NCBI GenBank assembly: GCA_013265495.1
Contig: MU057713.1
Coordinates: 187,122-251,121 of the forward strand
Reading direction: 5' to 3'
Source: Vicugna vicugna
Lineage: Eukaryota
Length of the DNA: 64,000 nt
Positions 1 to 13,419 of the stretch are shown here, in pieces. The translations under genes and the position numbers were made by a program. Positions within the stretch are counted from its first letter, which is position 1. The number at the start of each line of letters is the position of its first letter. The notes under the pieces are model-generated. The model was not told the origin of the DNA, did not search any database, and saw only the letters and a list, made by a program, of their open reading frames with translations.

Positions 1-1989
1 ATTTATAAAATGAAGAACACCTATGCGTCTCAGATCAGGAAATATTTATGAACAAATGAGCCCACTTGGCTGAATTTATAAACATCAACTAAGCCTGTCA
101 TGAAACCTTACATGAAATAACTAATTATTGACCCTACAGCACCATCACTTGAATCAGCATGAGAACCAGAACTGCAAAGCACTGAATGCAAAGTACTAAT
201 ATTCCTAACCCTGAAAAGTGTTAGCTCTGTCAGAGTGTGTTTTGTTTTTAGAAAGTCTGGTTTCTGACAACATTATCCAGAAATAATTATTCAATAGTGA
301 ATGCCAAGAAAACCAAGTCCCAAAATGCTAAGAAATATTTCAGGCTACCTTTCCCAGAAATACAATCTGTTTCTCAATTGAGAGAAATTCATCATAAAAA
401 CTGCCTATATCATAGTCCTCCAGAAAACTTCAGCATGTTCTAATTCATCAAAAGCCACCAGATCAAATTGCTGTTTAATACCTGAATCAATGAAATAATT
501 CATCTAGCTATTTATAAATTTATAAACACCTTGTCAAACACCTGAGGTGCCACACCACACCAATTTTAAATTCCATCCAATGTATCAGAAAACTAGTTCT
601 TGATAGACACAAGCTTTCATCATGCGATTTACACAGGCTTAACAAAGATCACAGCTTTAAGAAAAAGAATATGACATTCTTCAGCATATTCATTACCTAG
701 AAATAGAGAAACTATAAACATTTATCCAAAAAACTCTGCAATACATTTTAAAAATCATTTTTTTGAAATGATCAACTTTTGAACAAAACCCAAAGAGAAA
801 CACAGACTTTTAAAAGCTTGGGATCCGGCAGCCCCACTCCTCACTAAGTTGCATAATCTTAGCCAATTTGGATTTCAAATTTCACATCTATAAAGTAGGA
901 AAAAGTGTGATTTCTGTCTATTTCAGAGACTTTTTTGTGGAGCACATGGGATAATTTATGAGCTACATAAAGCATGTAATGTTATTATCAAGGGCAGTTT
1001 CAGGTGAGAGGAGAGAAGTAGTGAAACACATTAGTCGGCTGCCTCTGTGGTGGGACTGCTATCTTCACCCACTCAAAGCAGAATAACCAGAAACAAACTG
1101 TTGCCTGAAGTAGGACCCGGAGAAAAAGAGCAACGCTCTGGCCCTGACACGTTCACTCTCAGGGCAGTCACTGAATTCCACCGAGCCTCAGTATCTCTTC
1201 CTGTCTAAGTGCAACAGCTCACCTGCCCCCCGCCACACACACACGACAACAGACTGAACAGTGTTCAGTCTTCCTCAGCTTTCTCATTTGTCTCATTTAG
1301 AGATAATACATTTAAAGCCTATACTCCACGCTTAGCACATTCGTTTATGCAACAAAGAATCTGTTCCGGCTGCTACAGACAGAACAGAAAACTCCCAGGC
1401 CCCAGCTGAGTCTGCATTCGAGTATGGGAAGAACAGACAATGAACTGAAATCCGTAATCCCCTAGACGATGGCAGGGCCAGCTTCCCTGGGCACAGGAGC
1501 TGTGCCATCACATGAGGCCCTGAGATCAGAAGGACCCATACTTGGTCTAGTCCTGTGCGGGTGTCATCTTGAAATTCTTCATACCTTTGAACACTGGCCT
1601 CACATTGGCATTTCCTGGATGGTGGGAGATGCAATGGAGAAAAACAAAGTGAGAAGAGGGGTAGGGAGAGGCGTGATGGGGGTGGGAGAAGTGGTCAGCA
1701 GGGCCTCAGTGTGACACTGGACCTTTTGGGCACTACACCAGGGCGCTTGGCTGAGGAGGCTAGTGGGGCTGACAACCACCTAGAGGCAGAGGGCTTTTTA
1801 TTTGCCCCAAACTGACTCCAGACGGCTTGCTCAAGAGATGACCATCACAGGGGTTACAACGTGCTGCAGGTGTCTCTCAGCACAGCAGCCCAGCAGCCCA
1901 CCTGCTCACCCCCCTGTGAACTGCAGAGCCGTGTCCCCAGGGTGGGCGCCATTTTGTTACTGACACATATGTTAAGCTAGCAATGGGCC

Positions 1990-3160
1990 TGCTGGTCAGA
2001 GAAGGTCTTTCTGAAAAGGTGACACTGGAGTAAAGGTCCGAAGAGGTGAGCAAATGAGTTGTACAATATGAAGAGGAAACGTGGCCAAGGGAACAATAAG
2101 TGCAAAGGCCTTGAGACAGGAGCTTGGCTCATGTTCCTGGAAGAGCCCAGAGGTCAACAAGCCCAGGAGGGGGCTCTGGGGGAGGTCAGGTCAGAGAGGC
2201 AAGTGGAAGTATGAGACCATTTGGCGTCCATTCAGATATGGGAAGTCATTGATGTTTTGTACAAAGTAACTGAGAAGAGACTGAAGTGGTTAAGGGTCAG
2301 GGTATAGTTAGCATGCTGTTGTAATTATCCAGATGAGAATGAGGCGGCTTAAACTAGGATAGCAGCAGGGAAAAAACAGTGTTGAGGTTAGACTTTAGAT
2401 GTCTTTTCAAAAGTAAAGCCAACAGAACTTACTGATGGATTTGTTTAGAGGGTGTAAGAGAAAGAGAGGAGGCAAGAATGACTCTACAGATAGTTACCAT
2501 TAAACCAAGATGGGGAAGACACACAGAACTTGTTTGGTGGGAAATCAGGAATCAATTTTAGATACATTACATGTGACCTTGAATAACGGGGTTTAGGAGT
2601 GCTGACCCTCCATGCAGTTGAAAAAGTTGGTCCTGTGTGTCTGTGGCTCTGCACCCATGGATTCAACCAGCCTCAGATCATGTAGTCCTGAAGTATGTAT
2701 TTAGTGAAAAAATTCTGCATATAAGTGCGCCCACACATTTTAAAACCATGTTGTTCAAGAGTCAACTGTATATTGGACTCACTAGACAGGAGAGTAGATA
2801 TATGAGTTTGGAGTTCAGTACAAAGTCTGGGCTACAGATTCAAATTTGGGAGCCATCAACATGTTTATATTTAAAGTTATGAGAATGGATAGGATCATCA
2901 AAGAATGCGTGATTAAAAAAAGTCCAAGACTGAGATCTGAAGCCTTTCAACATTGAGAGGTCAGTAAAATGCAGCAGCAGCAAAGGAAACTGAGAAGGAC
3001 CAGACAATGCGGCTAAAGCAAAGCTAGGAATGTGCGATGGCATGAGTTCCAGGGAAACAGGTCCAGAAGAAGGAAAACATCACTGCTTCACATACTGCTC
3101 AGAGGTCAAATAAGAGAACTGAGAACTGATCTTTGGCTATAGACATATGGAAGCCACCTC
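1990..3160 (-). mobile_element. L2 LINE fragment (ancient), interrupted by a Tigger2-type MITE
   Basis: Reverse complement of typical L2 3' region motifs (agtgcaaaggccttgag, gagaaggtctttctga, ggagttcag...tctgggctacagat...tttgggagccatca); boundaries approximate. Confidence 0.7.
2570..2768. mobile_element. Tigger2/MER8-like non-autonomous Tc1/mariner element
   Basis: Terminal inverted repeats catgtgaccttgaataac ... gttgttcaagagtcaactg, flanked by TA on both sides (2568-2569, 2769-2770). Confidence 0.8.
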
Positions 3161-3324
3161 AATAAATGGTGGCTATTACAGTAACTTCAGAAGAAAAGTG
3201 TGAAAAAGAAGTCAAATAGATAAACTACTTCTTGAAGCTGCTGGAATGCTACAGTTGTGAGTTTACCATTTAGCTACATTAGGGAGAATGGTATTCATTT
3301 ATTTAAGGGAAATATAGTTTAAAA

Positions 3325-3827
3325 CAGGTTGTTCCAGATGGGAGCCACCAGCCATCTATGACTCCTGAATACTTGAAATATAACTCGTGTGAGTTAGGAA
3401 CTGAATTTTAAATTTTAATCTCACATAATTAACTTAAATTTTAAATTTAATACATATACCTAATTCAGCTATTTTTAAATGTTTATGTATGTTTTGAACA
3501 ACATGAGTACATGAATCTATTTTTAACTGCAATTTTATAAAACTGAAATGCAGATCAAGTATTTTCCACGAAAATTTAGAATCTGAACTGGATATGCTGT
3601 AACTGTAAACCACAACCAAATTCTGAAGACTTACTACCAAAAAAGAGTTTAAAATACATTATTAATAATTTTATATTGATTACATGTTAAAATATATTTT
3701 ATATTATATATTGCATAAATAAAATACTATTAAAATTAATTCCAACTATACATTACTTTTTTAATGTGGTTACTAGAAAATTTCTAACTACATATTGGTT
3801 CAGATTATATTTTATTGGACAGTACTG
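3325..3827. mobile_element. hAT-Charlie (MER33/Charlie1-like) non-autonomous element
   Basis: Starts cagg..., contains agccaccagcc...tacttgaaat...gaactgaatttta, ends ttattggacagtactg; AT-rich interior typical of the family. Confidence 0.65.
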
Positions 3828-4529
3828 GTCTACTAGATTCATGTTGTCGGCAAAATTAGGTCTTGCCAAAATTAAGAACTTGGTCACCTATTTCATCGCA
3901 AGTTTCTCTATAACAACTGAAAAGCAGTGATGTACTAGGGTACCACGTGATGCTTCCTGTTTGGAAATTTGCATGTACTCTTCCCATGTTGTCCATGGAA
4001 AGCCACACCTTTGTTTACCAAGTCAATTTCCACCTATCCTTCAAAATTCTGCCCCAGTAATAATATGCTCTGAGATGATGAATTTTCCGATCCGTGAAAG
4101 TCAAGGTTCTCCCCGTCTCCTTGGTAGAGAGATGACAGCACTGGTGTATTATGCTTCACACGTCTGTGTGTTCTAGAAGATTTCCCCACTTCAGAGCGAA
4201 GATACCATCCATTTTTGAGTCTCAAGAGCTTAGTACAAGTTCTGCTACATGGTAAGATAAACGTCAAAAATACTTGTTGAATAAAAGAGTGCACAGAACA
4301 TGATGGTAGTACAAGTATGTAAGGATATATACAAGCAGACTTTGGGGAAACGCCCATTTAACCAGCTGTCAGACTTATAAAAAGCACAAACATCTGGAAA
4401 GTAGCCACATCATCTGAAAGAAGAGAAAACAGAGAAATGAAACCAAGAATGACCAAATACCTATTATGTGCCAGTAGGCATTTTTAAATTTAACCTGCAC
4501 AAAACCCTTCATCATTGTTACAGTAACCT

Positions 4530-4720
4530 TTAACAGCTATTGAGTGTCGTTTGGCAGACACTGTGGTAAACACTTTACATATATGAACTTTTTCCATCTT
4601 CACAGGCCAGAAAATGGGTTCTATTATTATCCCCATCCCACAGAGCAAAGAAGATAAGTAACTTGTCCAATGTTACACAGCTAATAAGCATCAAAGCCAA
4701 GATCAAAATCCAGGCAGTCG
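4530..4720 (-). mobile_element. MIR SINE fragment
   Basis: ctattattatccccat...agtaacttgtccaatgttacacagctaataag...aaatccaggcagtc resembles the MIR core in reverse orientation. Confidence 0.6.
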
Positions 4721-5411
4721 CTTATATTTTGAGATCTGAAGCAAGTGGAACCTTAATGAAAAAGACGTCTAAATACAAATTTACGAATCTAGAAGTCAGA
4801 GAAATCAACGAGAGGTAAATGTTGTCCATAGAAGCATATGGGGTCCTTAGTGAGACACCCAGAAGACCTTGAAAATAAGGCAAATAAAACCATCAGAGAC
4901 ATGGAAGGTCTTTAAAAACAGACTGGTATATTCAGGATGCTTCTATTCGTATAAAGCACAAAACCTACAGAACAAAAGTTATATCTTGTTTCATGATATA
5001 CCTTTAAATTGTAAAAAGCAAGCAAGTGATTTTCACAAATGACAGGATGCTGGTTTTCCCTGGGGAAGAGAGAATTTATTGTAATCATGGGGAGCTTCGA
5101 GAGTGTTGTAAATGATCTATTTATTGATGTGGGTGGTAGTTTGTGGATGTCTGCATTGTAATTCTTAGTTAAAACTGTGTGTATGTTTTATCCAAGTCCA
5201 ACAGCAGTGACACCGTAGCATCTTAGGTCTAGAGCCCACGCTCTATTGTACCCACAGGAAGAGGGGAGCAGAGGGTGGGTAACTACCCTTCCCTATTGCT
5301 GAGTCCTGCTCAACACTCTCTCACCTGGAATCTCGTCTCCCCACCTAAGCCCCTCTAATTCTCCTATTTAAGTAGTTCCTTTCTTTTTACTACCATTTAC
5401 TGCTTAGCACT

Positions 5412-5812
5412 TGTGATGGTTAATTTTATACCAATGTGACTGTACCACAGGGTACACAGATATTTGGTCAAAAATTAGTCCGAGTGTGTCTACAAGGGTG
5501 TTTTGAATGAGATTAACATTTGAATGAGTAGACTAAGCAAAGCCGACTGCCCTCCCAACGTGGGTTGCCCTCACCCTGTCAGCTGAAGGTCTGACTAGCA
5601 TAGAAAGACTGACCCTCCCACAGGAAGGAGGAAACCTCCCCCTGCCTGACTGGTTGAGCTAGGATATTGGTCTCTTCCTGCCTTCACACTTGAACTGAAA
5701 GGTTAGCTCTTCTGGGGTCTCCAGTCTTCCAGCTTTCGATGGACTGTATGCCATCAGCTCCCCTGATTCCCAGGTCTTTGGACTCAGACTGGAACTACAC
5801 CATCAACTCTCC
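5412..5812 (+). mobile_element. MLT2-like ERVL LTR (3'-truncated)
   Basis: Begins tgtgatggttaatttt...; contains gagattaacatttgaat...gactgccctccca and ggactcagactggaactacaccatc, characteristic of MLT2. Confidence 0.8.
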
Positions 5813-5819
5813 TGCCCTC

Positions 5820-6690
5820 CCCTTTGAGTGTGCCACTTCAGTCATGTGCATTCACATCACTGTGAAACAGATCCTCAGAACTTCTGCACCTTGTATCCAT
5901 CAAGCAAGAAGTGCCCCTTTCTGCCTCCACTCAGCCTCTGGTAACTACACCATTCTACTTTCCGTTTCTATGAATTTGACTACTTTAGATACCTCATGTG
6001 AGTGGAATCATACAGTGCTTGTATTTTTAGTAACTGGTCTGTTTCATTTAGCATAATGTCCTTGAGGTTCACTCACATTACAGCACGTAACAGGATTTCC
6101 TTCCTTTTTACGTCTGAATAACATCCCATTGTATGTATACATCACATTTTGTTTGCCCTTTCATCTGTTAATGGACAACTGGGTTACTTCTGTCTCTTGG
6201 TTATTGTGAATAGTGCCACCGTGAACATGGGTGTGCAGTCGTCTCTTAGAGAGCCTGCATTCAATTGTTTTGGGTTTATACCCGGAAGCAATACTGCTGG
6301 GTCACATGGCAGTTCCACTTTTAATTTTTTTGAGGAATCTCTGTTTTCCAAGCAGCTTACAATCCCACTAAAAGTGTGCAAGGGTTCCAAGTTCTCCATA
6401 TCGTCATCAACACTTAACTATTTTCTGTTTTTTTCGATAGTAGCCTAATGCTGATCGTAACGACTGAGACAACATCTCCCTGCAGTTTGGATTTGCATCC
6501 CCCTGATGATCAGTAATGTTACATCTTTCATATTCTTGTCAGCCACTTGCACGTCCTCTTTGGAGAAACAGCTATTCCAGTCCTTTGCTCATTTTTTAAT
6601 CATTATTTGGTTTCTCGTTGTTGAGTTATAGGCTGCTTTTATATATTCTGGACCTCAATCCTTTATCAGATACATGATTCGTTCCATTTC
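5820..6690 (-). mobile_element. L1 LINE fragment (ORF2 C-terminus and 3' UTR, degenerate)
   Basis: ORF 6184-6399(-) KKLKVELPCDPAVLLPGINPKQL...CTPMFTVALFTITK resembles the L1 ORF2 C-terminal region; surrounding DNA matches L1M 3' end. Confidence 0.85.
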
Positions 6691-9600
6691 TGTTTTGAAA
6701 ATAATAACTTTGTTGTTTCCAGATACTTTTCTCCTACTAAGTTGGCAGCTCCATGTAGTTCTGTCTGCTTCTTCTCTGCTGTGCACCCAGAACCTATCAC
6801 AATGACCAGTACACGGTAGGCAGCCAGTCAATGGGGATTGAAAAGCCAAGAATAAATACGTACCATACAGCTAGGCAAGTCGACACAGGCTTTGAGCCAG
6901 CTCTCTGCCAACAACCCTATTACTCCACAGGCAAGGTGGGATCATCCTTGAACTGGAGCCTACTGACTTCTGTTGGCTGTACAATTTAGCAAACATATTC
7001 ACCTGCCTTTTCCTAGACTAGAGTTTTGCCCTAAATGATCAGGAATTAAAATTAGATGCTGAAAGGGAAGGACTGAGACAAGGATACTGCTAGAGAAAAC
7101 AACCTGCTGAACTGAGACCAAACAGAAAGGAAAAAGTCCAAAGCATCACCCCAATAGCACACTGAGCAGATCAGGTGCAGGAAGCAGCAGCCTCACACAG
7201 GGGATTTTCCCCAAGGGCTCCACAGAGCACAGGAGCAAGAGTGATGCTTACAAAAATGATCTTGCCAAGAAGAGGTTAAAGTACGTGTTTTTACAGACAA
7301 ATAAATGTTTTAGAAAGATTTTTTAACAAAATGGTTAGAATAAAAGAAGTCTGACGTTTTAAAAAGAAGAAGTATCAGCAACATGGACTATTCCCCAACC
7401 AAAAACCTTAGAAACTGAAAATAACAAATAAAGCATTAATGCATGTGTCTGCAACAAATGTTGCACAGGTATGTGTAAATATGGTGGCTCCAGTTAGACA
7501 AATGACCACTGGTTGTGAGATGAAAATTAAAGAAACCATCGAAGAGAGAAGAAGGGAAAGGTCAAAAACCACACGGGAAAACCTTGGCAACTTTGCCAGG
7601 AAAACAAAAACTACAGAGAGAAAGGAGATGAAGGGTAATGAAGGGAAGAGAGAAGTAAAGACGATGTCACAGAGGAAATGGAGTTTATCCTTTCTTCTTT
7701 CTCTACACAGCACTGAGGTATATACTATGAATTTCAAAATAAGTCAGGAAATCAATACACACAGCTAAAATTGTGCCCAACTTCTATTCCTGGGTTCTGG
7801 AAGGGCTGTCAATAATGCCGCCTTTGGCTCCCTTTGAAGGATGATCCACAAAGACACCCCTGCCCCCCAGGGTTATATGGTGGGGGCACCCACTGAATAG
7901 GATTTGCTGCCACAGGGAATCTTGGCAGTAATATGTAATTGTGTTGACGTTTATTATACCTTCTTTCCTCTTAATAAAACATCTATTCAGATAATTCATA
8001 CTTGTAATTCATATTGCGTCCCTGTGCCATATATTAAGATACACCCAGGAAAGCTAGGAAAGGAGTATTAGTTTAAAATAAAAATATTTCATTAAATCAA
8101 TTAACTCATAAATTCGGGCACAAGTGCATAGGCACGAGGTTCCACATCTGAAATAAACATGAAATAGGTTAACTTTTATAAGATGCTTAGAATAGTGCTT
8201 GGTATGTAAAAAGTATGTGTTAAATAAAAAAATTAAATATGCAATGCGTGTACGTATTATATACACATTGTATTCACTTTTTTCAGAATATTGCTATTAT
8301 GTAAAATAAACACCTGTTTGAACATGGGCAGCAAAATCCTGATAAAATGTGGCCTGGTTTCTACTATTTCCCTGCAAGTGACTTTATGATTTTACAACAG
8401 AATAAAGTATTTTGTTCACCAAGATATTCTAACTTAAATATAACTTCAGAGTTTGGCTTTTCTTATTTTGGAAATAAGTAGAGAAGTCTCTGGGCTAAGT
8501 CTGTTGCAGTAGCTGATTTTTGATTTTGCTACTGGGTTGTTTGAGTGCCTGGAAGGCTGATAAGCAGTGGGGAGGTAAGGCCTGTCACCCACCATAGAGT
8601 TACATCAAGGTGCTACCTGCCTGGATTTAACGTTGAAAGTCTAAGAATGCAAAAATACTTCTGAACATAAGAAAGAGATTGTAATACTGTTTTTCAGACT
8701 ATCAAGCGAAATTTAGCTAAAGCTACAAACGTAGGGGTTAATATAAAGTCCTGGCACTCTCAATGGCTAATAAAAGCTAGGCTCTGTGTGTGGTCAAAAA
8801 CTGTCCAAAGGAAATGTGCCTAAAACTGGATGCTGGGGTTACCGTTACTTGTACAGCTTGAAGTAAGGGATCATAAACTCCAGGTGCCTTCTACTGTCTT
8901 CCACCCCAAACTGATCCTGACCCCCAGGTCCCCAACTCTTAGAATCTTAGAAATAAAAGGGGTCCCAGCAAATATTCATACCTCTCTTCGTTACAAAGGA
9001 AAACACTGAGACCTGGGTAACTTAAGCTACTTGCTCAGGGCCACACAACAGTGTTAACCAGAGTTAGGCCCACATCCCCTTCTTATTGTCACCTTGTGCT
9101 GCTGCTGTCACTGCTGTCCCAGTTTTGTCATCCATCACCAGCTCTGAGCAGCCTTCCAACCATTCTCCTACTTCACGTAAGCCACAACCCGGGGAGCCTG
9201 ACTGTATAATCACCATCTTGGTTTCAAATGCTGGGATTATCAAATAAGGCACGCCTCTGATGACATTTAAGATGATTTAAAAGTCAAAAAGAGGTTCACT
9301 ATGGTTCAGGCATCCAAAATGGAGCCAGGTGGCCATTGTGGATATGGTTTCAGACATGTTCCTGCCTCACTCAGAACTTGAATTCCTTGAACTGTATCAA
9401 ACTCAAGGACACTATCAGCCATTGTCAAAACAGTATCTGCTAGCAGCTGCCAGTTCAAAGCCCTCCCCACCCAACCTTCACAGCTATGTAATCCTTTCAA
9501 ACCCCAACCCATCCTACCTTAACAGGCACACTTACTACTTGCCAGCTCCAATTCTAATTCTTGACAATGTAAGTATGTTTGCAGTTTTTTGCCTTTATAA

Positions 9601-10642
9601 GCTTCCCCCATTTTGTGGAACAACAGCACACAAGTCAAGTGCTTTTTGGATCTGAATCTCCTGGGCTATGTCTTAACAAATGCCAAATAAAGGCTCCCCC
9701 CTCTCCAACCCCAACCAGCTCTCCATTCTTGGAATTTCTGGTTAACAGCTTTGCCAAATTAATCACTATTTATACCTATTACAGAAATTGGTTGATCTTA
9801 ATGTTTAAGGCTTCAGCCAGATTTCTATAAGCTGCATTATTTACCTGATCAGAAGAAAAAACAAATTAAACATAGCTTCACTAATACACAGTTGAGAAAA
9901 AATGCAAAAGATCTTAAGTAATGTGATGACCAAAGACGGTCAAACTGAGAGTGGCAATCTGACTTCCTCCTGGTGTTACTGATGGCTAAGTGGTAAAGAA
10001 AATGGGCTGCCAAAGAAAATATTTCTCATCTCTACTACTATACTTCTTTCTGTTTCTGTTTTTGTGCACACATGACTAGTCCCAGGTCTCTGCAAATGCT
10101 ACCATGTATCCAGATGATGACTGACAGGAAGGCGAACAGATGGAGCCAAGACAGGTATCTGTGCTGCCCGTTTTCCACCACAGACTCTCTAAGGTAAAAA
10201 CATCCAAACTGTCAATCTGCATTTCAGTGTTCTCACTAGATAATTATTTTCTCTGTCTGTATTAGGTAATGATGAAGAAGCTAAGGGACTTTCAGGTGGA
10301 AAAAAAAAAAAGACTATAAAAAAATAAAATACTAAATTATTAAAGGTTTATATCATTTTTTTTCCATCCTCAATTTGCTTTGCATGCTCCTTTCTGAGGT
10401 TTTATGTTTTTATTCCTTGCTCTTGTGGTCAAGTTTTTTTTTTAATTAACTCAAATCAATTTAGTCTTCCCTAGATTTCCAGGACTGAAATACTCATCTT
10501 CCTGGCATCAACACAGAAAGTCCAAGAACTGACGAAGACAAGCCAACTGGAAACAGAAAGGCTTTCAGAAACACAATACTTACACTCAACTATTTACAGA
10601 ATATTTCTACACATACATGTTCATATCTCTGCACCAGGGTTT

Positions 10643-11128
10643 TGTAACCAACGAGGACTCTACGGGGCCGCCCCAGGACAGACTCCTCCCCCATATACTC
10701 TGCTGTAGCTCCTCTCTGAATTACCTACCTCAGTAACAGTATCTGATGCACATTTCCTGAGTTGTTTTACAGATGCTAAAACCTTCACCAAATGGAAGAG
10801 ATTAACTGATGACCATGAGCACACAGCCCTCAGACCTACTGAAGCCTAAAGATTGATAAAGTTAACCTGCCCTGTGACCTCACCATCGACCAATCAGAGA
10901 ACTGTGCACGAGCTGATCCGCATACCCTGTGACCCGTCTCCCTCACCTGGCCTTTAAAAACGCTCTCCAGAAACCCATCAGGGAGTTCAAGCTTTCTGAG
11001 CACTAGCTGTCCCGGGCTCCTTGTGTGGCACCTTACAGTAAACACTGCACTTCTCTTCACCGCAGCCTGGTGTCAGTGGATTGGCTTTACCGCTTTGGAT
11101 GAGCGGACCCAAGCTTGGTTCAGTAATA
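10643..11128 (+). mobile_element. ERV1-class solo LTR with 4-bp TSD (GTTT)
   Basis: 5' TGTAACC, 3' ggttcagtaata (CA end mutated); GTTT at 10639-10642 and 11129-11132; CCAAT, tttaaaaa TATA-like and agtaaa poly(A)-like signals in LTR order. Confidence 0.85.
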
Positions 11129-11278
11129 GTTTTCCAACTTGTTAATCTTTAGGATTATTTTAATTGCCTTCAAAATTGTATAACTAAAGCTATAAAAAAC
11201 TTATGAGATAGATGAGAGTTGAAGAGAAATTATTTACACATCTCAGCATCAAACGGGCTCCCTGACTAAACAGTCATT

Positions 11279-11310
11279 ATATATATACATATATATGTAT
11301 ATATATATAT
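11279..11310. repeat. Imperfect (TA)n microsatellite
   Basis: atatatatacatatatatgtatatatatatat. Confidence 0.85.
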
Positions 11311-13419
11311 GATTATTTATATAGCCATTAAAAAAAAGCCAAATGTTTTTGGTTTTGCACCCAAGATGAACTTTTAAGGTCATTTCCCCTCTTATATTTT
11401 GTGAAAATATAAAAATATGGTCTGCTAAAACAGCCCAGAGAACCAAGACCAATTTTTAAATATGTCATTTCATTCTGAATAGCACAAGGCTATGTCTTCC
11501 ATGAGGAATTTTACTTAAGTGAATGTGAATTGTGAAAAAAATGGTTAGTATGATGGGCCTCTTGTGGAGTGATTTTATGTATGTATGTATCTATATATAA
11601 CTTCCACTTAATTAAGTGCCCATGCCTTAAGTTCTCGTTGATTGGGTACTTAAATATATATAATACATGGCCTCTATTTTCAGGATGTTTATCATGGGAT
11701 GAGACAGGAACATAAAGAGTAGATAAAGAAGAATACACATGTTCATGAGAGATACAAACAAATTATTTCAGGAGTCCAAATGAGAAGTAAGGAACATATC
11801 TGATGAAGGAGATACGAAAGGTATTTACATAGGAGGTGATATTTAAAATGGACCTTGAAGGACACAAAGAATTGTGACAAGTGGAAACAGTGTGGGGAAA
11901 GTTCTATCTAAAGACACAGAATAACAAAGGCAAGGAAGAGTTCCATGTATTGGAAGAAGTGAGCAGGTCAAGGAGGGCTGGGGGAATGAGTTTAGCTGGA
12001 ACACACAGTACCAGAAGACTAGTGCAAGACCAGACCCATCTAGCTACATTTTTACTTAATTTAGTAGTCAATAACAAGGCACAAAAATTTACCCAAAGCA
12101 AAACTACAGAGTGTCTCTTTATCCCATCTCCTATTCATGTTTATCATTTCTCCTATGAAGCAGTAAGGCTCTTCTGGAGGTTAAAGAAGCCCTAAATAAA
12201 GATTTAGCAACTCCACTGTCCTGAGAACCCATGGCCCCCACCTGAGAGCACTACACAAAGGCACTGTGTGTTTGCACTTTCCAAAGGGAAAATGACACTC
12301 CCCTTTAAAAAGCTCTGTAACTGTGTATTACAACCATCCACCTAGTCCGTATTTTCCAGGTGGTGATTTCAGTTGAATTACAGGTCTTTGTAACAATAAG
12401 GTAAATGCAAAAGATATTAATCCATTGCAAAAGAGATACAAGTCCACACCAGCCTTCAAGTCAGGACAACAGCTGAGAAATAGTAACTCAAAAAAGATGT
12501 AATTTCACTGCAGCTACACTGTAGAACAGGAACAAATGAAACACAGCTGTGATTCAGCTTTCCCAGAGACTGGTAACTACTACCACTCACTCACTCACTG
12601 AGAAGTTTACATTTTTTAGTGTCCATCATCATTTATCTGCTACATTTCTGTGGGATTTTAGCCTACATACACATAAAAACATGCACCATTAATACGCAGT
12701 GACTTCAGCTAGGAAGTTAGTTGCTAGTAACACACAGGATATAATAGCTTCATGACTTCTGTAAAACTGGGATAGCCTGAGTCAGTACCTTCCTCAACCT
12801 TACAGAAGTGCTTCACCCAGCAAAACACGAGGGGGTGATTGGACAAAGGTAGTACCACGGCAAGTCATAGACGCCACAGGGACACAGAGAGGACGGAGCC
12901 AAGCGCGACTCAACCAATCTCAGAGATAACGTATTTCACTGGTGACAAGTCACTGCATGAACATTTTTTGAAAAGCATATTAAAAGAGGACATACTGTTC
13001 TTAAGAGCTACCCTAAACTGAATTTATTTAGAAATAAGGGTTGAGAAGTGAGCTTAAGGGAGATGACCGAGTATGAACTTAAAGCAACCCCGGAGCTACT
13101 GGTAGGAACTAATAAAAAGGTTTTTTGAAAAGTCTGCTCAAGATTCTACACGACGTTTATTTTAGCTTTTCTAATTTTTTGGTGAGGTGCGGGAGTTGGG
13201 GAGGGGGAGTGGAACATCCTGTTACGTAGCATTTGGGGTTTGTAAGCTATAAATTTAAATTCAAATTAATTGCTTAGAAAACAAGAGTCATTGCATTAAG
13301 AGTATGTCTTTGACCACAGTCAATCAATATTTTTCCTGTGTACCCTGCTTCAACCTTATAGTAAGGTTTTTTTCCCCCCTGTATCGTTTTTGGGCTCTGA
13401 TGGAGATACAGGGAGGTGG

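Noticed and set aside
340..395. Minus-strand ATGATGA...CTGA pair resembling C/D-box snoRNA motifs
   Set aside because: Short, no convincing terminal stem or recognisable rRNA guide, and both motifs are common in AT-rich DNA; snoscan or Infernal would settle it
7408..7768. Opposing 109-aa ORFs (charged on +, hydrophobic on -)
   Set aside because: Produced by a purine-rich low-complexity stretch; no homology or splice support
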